A DNA stretch of 64,000 nucleotides, taken from Thalia democratica (taxonomy: Eukaryota). The number at the start of each line of letters is the position of its first letter. The first letter of the stretch is position 1. Shown piece after piece: positions 37,086 through 49,129 of the stretch. Under the pieces are notes generated by a model that had not been told where the DNA came from, did not search any database, and saw nothing but the letters and a program-made list of their open reading frames with translations. Where the stretch lies: the NCBI GenBank assembly GCA_965202585.1, contig OZ241833.1:34472001-34536000 (forward strand), read 5' to 3'. The position numbers were made by a program, and so were the translations under genes.

Positions 37086-40000
37086 TTGAAAACAAAACAA
37101 ATAGAACTTGCAACTGTAGAAATTTGTGCAACATATTTTATAAAAACTTAATTTGCTAGTATATCAGTATAATCTGTGAAAAAAATGTTTGTATGTAAAC
37201 ACTTATAAAAGTAATAAAACCTTTCCATAAAAACAATCTTCTTTGAAAAAGGTGTAACATACGAATTATTTACTAATACTAATGTATTAAAAAATTGGAG
37301 AAAATATCAAGGCGGAATGCACAAAAATGGAAAATGTTGAAAAAACACACAATATCAAAGTCAGTGTAATTTTGCTGGTATCTGGGATCACAAGTCGAAG
37401 GAGGCAATGCCATTCAGAAAACCTTTTTTTACACGACCATAATAATATTCTGATCTTAAGAAAAGCTTTACATCGGCTTGTGCCAAACCACTTATGGTTC
37501 AGATAAATCAATCATAGTAAGTTTTTTAAAGTCGTAATAAGTTTAAGCTATGAAAGTGTTTTTGCAGCTCTAAGGTTTAAAAGTTATAACTAAACGTAAT
37601 AAGTTGTTTAATATTAAAAAAGAAAACAGCTTATAACCGTAGGTAATAAATAAGTGTGAATACTTCGCTCTTGTGTAGTATCATATTAATGAAAAAGCTG
37701 TCGCAATAAGATGAAAAAGTTTCTTCCTCTTGTAGACGCAATAAACACATTTTTTAAAACTCGAAAAGTATAGCTAATCTTGTTTGTTTGTTGGCAGCGC
37801 AGTTTTGTTTTTGCGTTATATTTTAGTTTTGTGTAAATTGTTAACGTTTGTTTTGTATTTTTTTGCGAGTTTCTGATTTAAATTTAACAGATGATGAGTG
37901 AACAGATGAAAACACTTTTTTAAGCTTTATAGTTTACAATAAAACTAAATCTAGTTAAGATTTTATCCGAGTAACATAAAACTCACTCAAAATAAAAACA
38001 AAACTACAGCCTTTACTTTTATCTAATCAATTCTCTTTTTAATTAGTCCAACCGAAAAGATCTAGTCTGTGGATGGTAGTCAAAACAATTTCTTAAATAT
38101 GTTTTTGTTTTTATAGTAAAAACAAAATAATGTGCGAATAACTAAAAAATAGCTTTAAACGAGAATATTTTTGAATTGAGAAAACTAATTTAAACTTTTG
38201 TTGACTTAAAAAATAGCTTTAGTGCATTTTAGGTCTTGTAAAGTGTATTGTAACACATGTCAACATACTTGTTTAACAAGCTTTTTGCTGCAGTTAGAAT
38301 AAAAAATAAATATCAATTAAAAACTTAACGTTAAACTTTTATTCATAATTTTCAATAATTTTATGAAGTAAAAAAAATGTATTTATAGTCACAACAGAAA
38401 ATTAAACAGGAATTTATTATCTAGATACAACTTAAAGCTCATTCCATTTGGTATACTTTTTCAACTTTTATTCATAATAATAACTTTTATAAGAAGATAA
38501 TATTTTTAATACGCAAGAGCAAGTAAATCAAAATAGACTAAAACCTTAAAACTGTCTTTAAAATAAAAGTTTTTTAAGAGGGAAAACACTAATTAAACGC
38601 TATTTTTTCGTTTAAACATACTAAGTACTAAATTAAAAAAAAAACAAATAAAGCATTCAAGTAAGTACCAACAAAATGACTAAAAAACAACTACTTGTTA
38701 CAAGTTTTCTATTAACAAATGCGATAACTGAAAATTAAGAAATGTTTTATCAATAGTCATCAAAGCTTTAGTTTAGAGAAAATGTAAAACTCAGTTTTAC
38801 TAAACTCACAAAAATAATGAGTAATAGTTTACAGCGTTGAAAAAGCTTATAACAACAAAATAAGTTTCAAAAATGTTCGGCTAATTAAAACTAGAACTTG
38901 TTTTATGCGTCAGTTCATGCAAACATCATCGATTATTTTTTTTTAACTTGAACCACTATGCTATTTTATAAACTTTTGAAATGTTTATTGTGTGAGAATT
39001 TAACTTTTATGTAAGCCGATTTACAAAGCTGCTGACATGTTAAAACAACTATAGCGTTGTAAATCAGCACTTTTTTATAGTTTTATCCAGTTAGTTAAAT
39101 GATTTTATAATTTTTAAATAGTCACTTAAGTTTTTAGTATGTTAAATTTACTTTGTTTCAACACATTAAGTGTGTTTTAATTTTATGTAAGTCAAAAAAT
39201 AGATAGATTTTACTTATAAAAATAACAAATACTATTATGAATTTATGATATGAAATGAAAACTCCAAAGTTTTGATTAGAAAGATAATGTTTTTATATTT
39301 AGAAACTTTTCTCAATAGTATAGCAGTGTAAAAAAAAATTCGAAAAAAGTTGGTTATGTTTTATTCTTAGCTGAATAGAGAAAATTTCCGGTTATTAAAG
39401 AGAAAGTTAGTTCTGTACATAATGTAGCTTGCTACATAACAGCTTTAAAATAGTTTTAAGCATTTTTGCTTTTAATAAAAAGCTCTTACTTTTTAATGTA
39501 GCGAATTTATAAGACTTGGTTAGTTTTGTTTAAACTTATAGCTACAATTACAAAAAAGCAGACCTTTGTACTAAAAAAAGTTTCTACAAAAAAAAAAAAG
39601 GTAGATGTAAAATTCTTTTTATTTCGAAATTAAATTTGTACAATTAAACTTAATAAATGCACTGCTATACTATAAACACATAAGCGCGTTAAAAATAATT
39701 TTCTTTTGGAACTTTTAAAATAAAGTATTGAATAAAACTTTAAGCAAATTCTTTTAGAAACTAAAAATGACACAGAAGCTCCAGAATAGTGTTTACAATG
39801 TTTAAAATTGTGAAAATATATTCCATTTTTATTAAAAAACACTTAATCGTATATAAATTTGGGTTTACACACTAAAAGCATTGCGCCGTTTTTTAACAAA
39901 TTTTTTGATGTTAAAATTATTTAATCAACTGTGTCAATGACGTTTTCAGATAAAATTTATCTAAGTTTAACTATAGCTATTGTGAAGCCACTATCAGGTG

Positions 40001-40730
40001 CGAAAAAAAATATTTTGAAAACTGTTATCTTGAAACATTATTATATCTTATAAGAAGAAAATGAATGAGCTTTTATAAAACTTTGTTCAACATTTGTTCT
40101 AATAATGAAGTTAATTAGCTGTTTTTTAAAAAGCTTTACAGACGTTATTTTTTTTAAATAAAGTATTACAGAAAATTTAGTTGCTGCATATCACCTTTAA
40201 ACTGTTTTTGTATTACTTAATTAAGAGAAAGATTGTCACTAAAGTACTTTGTTAATACCTTAATCGTTTTTTAATGAGTTGAAAACTGTTTTTTAGTACA
40301 TAATTGTTTTAATGTCTACAATGATTTTTTTTGTTTAGAAGTTAGATACAACTAGTATTTAGAAATTTGTAAAAAAACTTGTCTGAAGTTTTGTTTATTT
40401 TAAAAATTTTCTGGAAAGTTTAATTTCTAGTTTGTTGTAAAAGTTTTATAAGTTTTATAGTTTGAGGTTTAAAAGTTTTATAGTTTGTTGTAAAAGTAAA
40501 AATTTTACCGATGTTTTTATATACCTTTAAGCTTACATGTTTTTTCGAGTTAAATTTAAATAAAGCATTTAGTAAACTTTAAACTCAGCATTAAAAAAAG
40601 AAATTAATTACAATAATGTTCTAAAATAGAAGTTTATCTTCGTAAGAGTATTAGTTTTAATAATATAGTTAATTTTTAGGTAAACATTTTTTTAAATTTA
40701 AATAGGAAAGTGATAAGTTTATACATACAA

Positions 40731-42403
40731 ATGGAATCAATAACTGATAAGCCTTCAGAAGTATTCGAAGTCGAAAAGATAGTATCAAAAATATTAATAG
40801 ATGAAAAAACTTATTATTTTATTAAATATGTGGGCTATGATCAGTTAGTTTGCTGTAGTTTAATTAAAAACAGAATTACTTTTGAGTAAGTTTATATTAA
40901 TGATAAAGTGTTATACTTAATTAAGAAAAATAAGAACTATTTATTTTTATTTTACACGTATAAAACCCTATTAAAAGTTTTTTTGTTAAATAATAGTTAA
41001 AAAGAAGAACACTGTCTGTTGAATTGTTTTGTTTTAAATGTTATTTAAAGTTAGAATTATATAAAACTTAACATACTTGTTGTAATTCATAATTTATTTA
41101 TTTCGAAAGTATAAAAAATAATATATTTTAGTTAGACCATAGTTCAAAATTGCTAAAGAGCTCAAAAACAAATCTGTCCATAGAAACAACAAACCAGTTA
41201 AACTTTTATGGTGAAACCTTTGAACACTAGTTGGTTTATTGTTTCATTGGACATATTTGTTTTCGGTTCTAGTAGCAATTTTTAATTGATATATAATTGT
41301 AAAACTGCCTAAAATAAAAGGTAAGTGAATTTTGTTTTGACCCTAGAAACGGCTCAACTCGATTTAACATCTAACTAGACCATAAAATTGTATCAACGTA
41401 GTTGTTTTTAACTGAACTAAAATTATAGCATTCATAACACATGGGAGCCGGTTGATAACTTGAATTGTGACGAGTTGCTTCGACAATTTGAAGCTGAAAC
41501 TTCCACACCTTCGAACAAGCCTGGTACTAGCGAAGAAAAAGTATCAAAGACGGGTAAACACCGAAGAAAAAACAAGAGAAAAGCTGCAAGTGACTTGAGA
41601 AAAGTAAAGGAGGGACTTTTTGGATTAGGAATGAGACCTGAAAGAATTATAGGTTCTACCACTCGAAAAAACAAGCTTGTATTTCTTTTTAAATGGTTTG
41701 CTTGTGACCTTCTTTATTTAGATTAAGTCCTTACTTCATATTTTATAGACAAAATTGAGCTTTCAAACCTGTGAAAGCTTTGATTTCGACAGTTAAAGAT
41801 TATAAAATATATTTAATTATTATTTAAAATAGCCTTTTAGAACAATTTTTATCATATTTCTTTAAAAAAATCGTAAGTTATTAATAATATAAAAGTTAAT
41901 TCTTTTATAATAACGAGCTTCAATGAGGCAACCTGATCTATATAAATTATATTAAACACAAAATTAAAAAAAAAAAGAACAACTAGACGATTTTTAACAT
42001 ATAAGCTTGTAAACTTTACTTTAATTTTAAAATGTAAATGGTTACAAGTATATAATTACAATACCTTACAATCGAAAATTTTTCCTTAAAGTGTTGATTA
42101 ATAAATATGACTTTATCAAAATACGTTTTCTTTCAAACTGTACATGCAGGATTTTCTGTTTCAACTTAAAATTAAAGTTTAAATCTAACCGTGCAAAACG
42201 TATTGTCTAAAACATACTTAAAAACTCTATAACAAAAATTGAACAAAAAATTTAGGATTAGCAGAGTTCTTCCGGATTTAGTTTACGCTGAAGAAGCAAA
42301 CAAAGAGTGTCCAGAACTTGTGATTAAATTCTACGAAGATCATTTGGACCGTCAAGATATCAGATCAGTGAAGTTAGAAGATGTTGAGATGTCAGATGAA
42401 TGA
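40731..42403 (+). CDS. HP1: HP1-family chromobox protein (chromo + chromoshadow), 175 aa, 3 exons
   Basis: Exons 40731-40843, 41429-41695, 42256-42403 join in frame. FEVEKI...KYVGY...NTWEPVDNLNC chromodomain; PERIIGST...LVFLFKW...DLVYAEEANKECPELVIKFYE chromoshadow domain. Exons 1 and 3 are not in the ORF track. Confidence 0.92.
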
Positions 42404-43803
42404 AGTCATCAAAAATTTATTTGTGGTTTTGTCTTTAAAAAACTAAAAATGAAAACTTACAAAAAATACTTTGTGCATTTAGATTAAGCTTCATATTTTT
42501 TGCTATTATACTGAACTAGGTTTTTGTATTTTTTATTTTTATTAGTTTTCAACAGTTTTTTTACATTTTTTAGGCTGGTACTATACTAAATCTAATTGTA
42601 GTATATAGTTCTTATAAATATTCGGTTAATAAGCTTATGACATTATTTAGTGACTAACAATACTTTTACCTAAAGTAAAATACTTTCAAACTTATTTGTA
42701 TAGTTTATATTACTATTACTATTATAGTTTATATATACATTTTCTTATATTTTAAACTGTGTAACTTAATTTATAAATTAGTGCCTATAAGGTTTTAAAT
42801 GATATGCAAATTTTAGTAGGATTTTTATATAAACTTAATCATTTAACTGTTTTTTACAACTAATTTTTATGCTTCAAAGTTGATGATTTAATATGAAAAA
42901 TGTTCTCTTTTTGGGGTTCTTAAATAATATCACATAAATCTGTATGTATGAGATTTCAATTTAAATAAGATGTAAACTTTAGCCAAAGATCTTACTTTCA
43001 TTAGTTTTGAATAGAGTAAAACATTAGTTAATAAACAACTTCCTAATCAATAAATCTGTTAATGTATAAAAGATTAAAAACTATTAATTACTGTAAAATC
43101 TTTTTTTTTTCATTTTTTAGCTCATTATAACTTTGATTTAAGTTGGGTATGCAACTTGATGACCGAAAGGTCTTTTTTTTTGCATCAGGTCCTTGTCCTT
43201 GTACAAAAATATACTTGAGCAATCTTATGTTTTTGTTCAATAAACCTCTATTACACAAAAATATATTATTTCTTTTTGAGCTAGCTTACTTAACATTTTT
43301 CGCTTTAATAATACTGCAAATAAAATAACTGCAAGTAAAAACATTTATTATTTTGCTAAAACAACTAGTTAAAAATACTTGTGACAAAATTACAGTAAAC
43401 TTGCGGTTTTTAATTGTATTTATTTGTTTGGGCTCACGTGTTTGAGATGTTTATTAGGCTTTTTATTTTAAAAATGAACTTTAAAAAAATTTTAAAGAAA
43501 GTCTAAAAAAGTATTGATACATACAGTTGTTAGTGTGTTTTAAAACACAACTGGTTAAATTCAGTTTACAAATATATACAAGGTAATTAGTACAGTTTAT
43601 AAACAGTTTATTTTATACAGATTTTCCAAAATAATTTTCAATAGGCCTCCTCTAAATAAACTATAAAAGCTTAGGCCCCCTCTAACAAGATTTCTTAAAA
43701 ACTATATATTCTACTACTTTTTTTGGTCTGCATAAAATAATAATATCCTTTAAAAACTGATAAGCTAATAATTAAAATAACTTCTCAACCATAAATAATA
43801 TAT

Positions 43804-44320
43804 GGGAACGGGTCAAAATTGCACGAGGTTACTAAATTGCACAAAGATAATTTTGCACGAAGAAAAATTTGAACAAGGGGACAAAATTGCATAAAGTCAA
43901 ACTTGCACCAAGGGTCAACTTTGCACGAGTTACAATTTTGCACGGAGGGTAATTTTTTCACGAGAGTAAAAAAAAAAAGAAAAAAAAAAAGAAAAAAAAA
44001 ACATTGAAAAAACCCTAAAGATAAACTAATAAAAAAACAAAATAAAAAAAAGTTACTGACCGAGGGTAAGGATTAGGGGTAACAGTGATAGTAAAAAAAA
44101 ACTAAATTAAAAAGATACAAATTAAAATTAGAAAAAAAAATGAACCCGTGCAAAAATGTCTCTGTGCAAAATTTTCTGCTCGTGCAAAAGTGTCTTCGTA
44201 CAGTTTTATCTTCGAGCAATTTTATCCCTTCGTGCAAAAGTGTCTTCGTGCAAAAGTATCCTCGTGCAACTTTGCCCCTAGTGCAGTTTTGTACGCTCGT
44301 GCAACTTTGACAGCTATTCC
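43804..44320 (+). mobile_element. MITE, MULE/Foldback-like family A, longest copy
   Basis: GGGAACGGGTCAAAATTGCACG ... CGTGCAACTTTGACAGCTATTCC; each arm built of about 20-bp tandem TTTGCACGA units around the A-rich core. Confidence 0.8.
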
Positions 44321-44526
44321 ATAACTATATAATACAGCAACATCAATTTAAAAAGCAACTTTTTTAACAACCTTATTTGGAAATGAGTAATTTTTTAATA
44401 ATAAGTATTAGTTTTAGTTTGAGGATAAAAAACAACCAATGATGTGTAAGCTGTACTTTACTTTAATTTTTTCATGGTTTTTAAATTTTCAGCTAACTTT
44501 TTTTAATTGCATGCAGTATCTAAAAT

Positions 44527-44670
44527 GGGTAGGTGTCAAAATAGTACGATGAAAAACTTTTGCACGATGACACTTTGGGTTGAAATTTATGATTATTTAT
44601 CTTATTAATTTTTAAATAAAAATTTATTAATTTTTTTAATTTTTTTTTACTTTAACCCTAGCCCTTACAT
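44527..44670 (-). mobile_element. Truncated family A MITE end
   Basis: GGGTAGGTGTCAAAATAGTACG...TTTTGCACGATGACAC...TAACCCTAGCCCTTAC. Confidence 0.5.
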
Positions 44671-45269
44671 ATGATCGGTGTAATGGAATACCAGTTACAT
44701 TGCCGTTCTGTTTTGTTGAACACTGAATTATGTAGAACAAAGTTCCAATTAGGAGAAAATGTGTCTTATGAAATATATCTTAGGCTATTTTCAGCTATAC
44801 GTATACTGAGTTCGGGCAGTGACATCATTCTAGACAACCTTGTTGCTGCTAACATGTAAGTCAAATAGACATTTGTATTAATTGTTGTTCATTGTAAAGT
44901 TATTTTTTTAACATGTTGTTTCTTATAAGCAGTCTTTTGATTAAAATTCTAAGTTAAGTGTATAGTGGTTTTACACTTTTTTTAAAAGATGTTCTTTTAG
45001 AATCGATTGTGTTTAAACTTTTCAACTGCGTTTATTTGTAAAGTAATTTCTAAGTAAAGTTGTTTGCATGGTTCTTTAATACAATATGTTTATTTCTTGT
45101 CATGTCTAGTTTTATACAAAATAGCCCTAAATATTTTTTAGTATCAGTATTGGTTAGGTTTCTTTATTTTTTCATTATTGTTTCTACTTTACACTGTAAC
45201 GTTTACAGTGTAAATTTTAAGTACATATTAAACCATTAACCATACAACTGTCTTATGTAACTCACACAA

Positions 45270-45640
45270 CATTGCCGTTTACATCGGTATTTTACTTTTC
45301 TAATACCTTTTGTTTGATTTCTTTTTTTTATAACTGTTACTGTTACCCTTAACCTTTTGGTCAGTAATTTTTTTTTCTTTTTCTTCTCATAATTATTATA
45401 ATATATTTACCTCTTTTAATACTACTGTTACCCCTAAACCTTGGTTGGTTTTTTATATTATTTTTATGTTTCTATTTTGTTTATTTATATATATATATTT
45501 TTTTTGACATGTTTTTTACCCCTTAAACTTACCCTTGCTAGGTATTTTATTGTTATTAACTAATTTATAAGTATTTTTTAATACTTATGAAAATTTGTCA
45601 CTCGTGCAAAAGTGTCTTCGTGCATATTTTACCCGTCCCC
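45270..45640 (-). mobile_element. Family A MITE, reverse orientation
   Basis: Two ACTGTTACCC(C)TAAACC cores and end CGTGCAAAAGTGTCTTCGTGCATATTTTACCCGTCCCC. Left end eroded. Confidence 0.65.
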
Positions 45641-46287
45641 ATTAAAAATATATGTTGCATCAAAGTTTTAAGAGGCCTAAATTAAAAAATTAGTAACTTA
45701 AACTAGTTTACCTTAATTTTAAAAGCTTTCAGCTACCGGATTTAAAATTAAATAAAAGTAAAAATAAAAAAAAATTACTAAAAATTCTTTCAGATTTCAC
45801 ACTTATTCCAAGTTGTAGTTTTTTATACCTTAAATGATTATGTTCTTTTATGTTTTATTTACCCTGAATATTTTTATAATGTTAATTCTTATATATTTTT
45901 TTTAATTTAAAACACTAATGTACTTTTATTTCATAGATACCCTAAATGTTTTCAAAGTGTTAGTTGTAAATGAAAGATAATAACGAAAGTCACAGTCTGA
46001 TAAGTTTAGTATTACATGTTTTATTTTATTTAAATATAAATTCATCATACTTCCATAGAATTAAAAAAAATATATGTATAAATAAGTGTACTTCAGTTAA
46101 ATAAGCTTTAAACAGTTAAATTGCGAAAGTGTAATTAAAAGATGTATACAATCGGTCGAATTATTTTAGCTAGATCGCTTTGCCTAAAAATTCTTGAGCA
46201 TTGTAAAGACAATATAAAACCTTTAAAAGTAAATATAACAAAACAAAAACTTTTTTTATTTTTAAGAGGACGCACTAACGTTGGCAA

Positions 46288-47492
46288 ATGTTTAAAGAAT
46301 TAATAATCACTAACAAAGCTGTTGATGACGAATTGACTGTGTACAATTTCAAACAAGGTAGGTTAGGAAACTGCGGAATAATAGCTTCAATGGCGATACT
46401 GTCAAGTCAATCAACAAAGATATCTACAACAAAGTTGTGCCGACAGGTCACAACCTTAAAAACAAACAAACCGTCGAACGTTGTATTCAACCTTTACAAA
46501 CTGGGAAAACCGTATAGAGTTGCGGTTGGCAAAAAGCTACCAATAGATGAAAGCGGGTTGGTGTACTGCAGAAGCTCAAATGACAGCTCGGTAGGGCCGC
46601 TGCTGGAAAAAGATCTTGTTCGGTTTCGTTTCGACGGAGATTATCAACCAGCCGAAGGTGTTCCTGCGAGCCTGGTCGTGTCAAGTTTGTCGGACAACTT
46701 TTTTGAGGAGTTTGCAACTTCATTGGAAAATCTGAGCTTTCGCTTACAAAAAGTCATCGAGCACGGTTTGAAAACAAATTCTCAAATAGTGGTTAGCATG
46801 GACTCAAAACTATTTTCAGATAATAATAGCAGTTCCGAGTAGCCGACTCACGCCTGCACTCTTTTGAACGAACCCAACGTTGACAAAAAGCTACTTAAAC
46901 TCTACAATCCTCATGGTGAAATTATGCCGATTGGGAAAAAATATTTTTCTGAAAACGTTCGTAATTTTCAAATTTGCCACTCTGGTAACAACATCTTTCG
47001 GATACCAGAAATAGCAACTTCCGTTAAGATTACAGGCAGTTTGCCAGCAGTAGAAAGCGATGGAGAAATGCATTTTGTCGATTATGATTTGTCAGTCGAA
47101 GAGGACGACACTGAAATTCTAATAAACGTAGTAGAAAAACCCGATGATAAAATAACAAAACAACTTTTCATCGTTGCTAACGGTGACAAAATGGTGAAAA
47201 GCTCCGTCGTTGCAAACAAACTCACGCTTATATGTATATAGAGTCCTCGAGGGAAAATTTTAAAAGTGGAAAGTACAAAACAGTCGTTGTAACGTCACCA
47301 TGGTGCGACCTGGTGAGCGACGAAGAATGCAGGAAGTACTTGGAAAACGGCGGGAAACTTGGAAAACGGCGGGAACGAAGAATGCAGGAAGTGTTTGGAA
47401 AACGGCGGGAACGGATTTCTTTTTCGCTTCGAATCGATGCTTGTTTGAAAAATCGACGAAGAACGAAGGTGATAGAATTAAGGGAGCACTGA
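46288..47492 (+). pseudogene. Intronless calpain-like cysteine protease, disrupted by an in-frame TAG (46840-46842) and a probable frameshift near 47230
   Basis: QGRLGNCG (calpain QG.LGDCW, catalytic Cys), KLP...GLVY..S, LLEK; after the TAG, in the same frame, PTHACT (catalytic His) and KLYNPHG (catalytic Asn), then FQICH. ORFs 46288-46842 and 46864-47241 are in one frame. Confidence 0.78.
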
Positions 47493-49129
47493 AACGCTGG
47501 TATTACGGATTCTTTTTTATAACTTTTTTCAACAAAGATGGTTTTTTTTTTTAAGTTTTTCAAATTACTAACTAAATTTGACTTGTTGTGGTTTTTATAA
47601 ATTTATATATAACATAAAAATGTTTTTTAGCTGTAGCTGTGCTAAAAACAATGCTTTAACAACACGTGTTGGTTAGGTTTTCCAGTTTTTATTTTATTTT
47701 GCTGTTCTTTTATGAACTATGAACACAAATCATACTGTACTTGTGAGTTCAGTTCACAATTGTCTAAATTAAAACAATCAAGTCTAAATTTTATTTTTTT
47801 GAAATATCTAATACACAGAGTTAAAAAAGCCTGTTAAAACTTCTACTAGTTTTTTTATACGTTTCAACTAAAATTGAAATTTTAGCAAGGCAGACTTTTT
47901 TTACTTATTATCATTATTTTTAGTTTGATTTAAAATATTTTTATTATCAAAAACAAGAACTTTAGTTTCTTTTTCTATTTTAAACAATTTTATTCCAATA
48001 TTTAAATTAGTGGTCTGTCGGACTATCAAAATTATTGCCCTTTTTAAATCCAGATTATCTAGATATTTCCATCTTTTTTAAACGTTCCATTACATTACGA
48101 ACTTATTTTCTGTTCGTTTACTACCTACAGTTTTGATCGTACCACTTCGATCGTCAGCTTTGACCGGGTTGGTGTGTAGGGAACGAGAAAGTCCAAGCTT
48201 TTGTAGACTTTCGCAGGTGTTTTCTTTATTTTGATGACCTTCAAAACTTTTCTGGTCGCCTGGAAAGGTTATTAGAAAACTTTTGCAGGTTGTTGATAAT
48301 AAAATAAAGGTTACATGACAATTCGAATTCTGACAACTTAAATTCGTAAAAAAAATGTACGGACCGTCACAACTCAAAAAGCGGTTGTGGGTCTAGTTAT
48401 AAGGTAATGATTACTAAACTAACTTTAAAAAGTATTAAAAGAAAATTTTAAATGTACTTGAAGTTTCTATATTTTTAGTTTAATTTTAGATATGTCCGAA
48501 AAATAACTGTAGTTTTGAGAAGTTAAAATATAAATTTATAGATATTTATTATAACTACGAAAGCTGTTTTATTTTTGCAAAATACGTAATACTTTTGTTG
48601 TTTTCTAACTTAGCAGTTTGCCGACCCCTGAGTTAAACCTTTTTGAAGTTTATTACTAAATAGATTTTTGGTTTTAAAATTAGGTGATAACAAGCTTTAT
48701 TTTAAAGTCAAACGTTTTTATTAATCGATATAATTCAATTCTTCGGTCACTCGCAAAAATTTACTTGTACAATTATTTTTTGCTCGCAGTCATTACTCGC
48801 TGCACATGTAACAACTAGTAAACGTTGAAAGCTAAACAAAAATTAACATAACAATCCACTATGTATTTTAAATTTTTCGGACTAATACTTAAGCTATAAC
48901 TACATAATCCTAACGCGCTTAAAGGCAAGAAAACTATAAGTATTCTTTGTAGCACGTAACTTTAAATATACATTTCGAGGATTCTTCTCAAAGTAGATAG
49001 AAAAAAAAAAAAAAACTAATTTAACTTCTGCAGCACGAAAAACAGCCCTCCTAATACAAACTCAAAAATATAGACGAAAAAGTTAAATAAAATAAAAACT
49101 TGAGAATATTTTTTACTCGTTTTATTGGC

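Noticed and set aside
44000-44100. TTAGGG-like motifs as interstitial telomere
   Set aside because: Single degenerate units embedded in the core of MITE family A, not tandem arrays.
44671-44859. 62-aa ORF in a slightly GC-richer patch ending near a GTAAGT
   Set aside because: No recognisable motif, no acceptor or partner exon found, wedged between MITE fragments; too weak to call.
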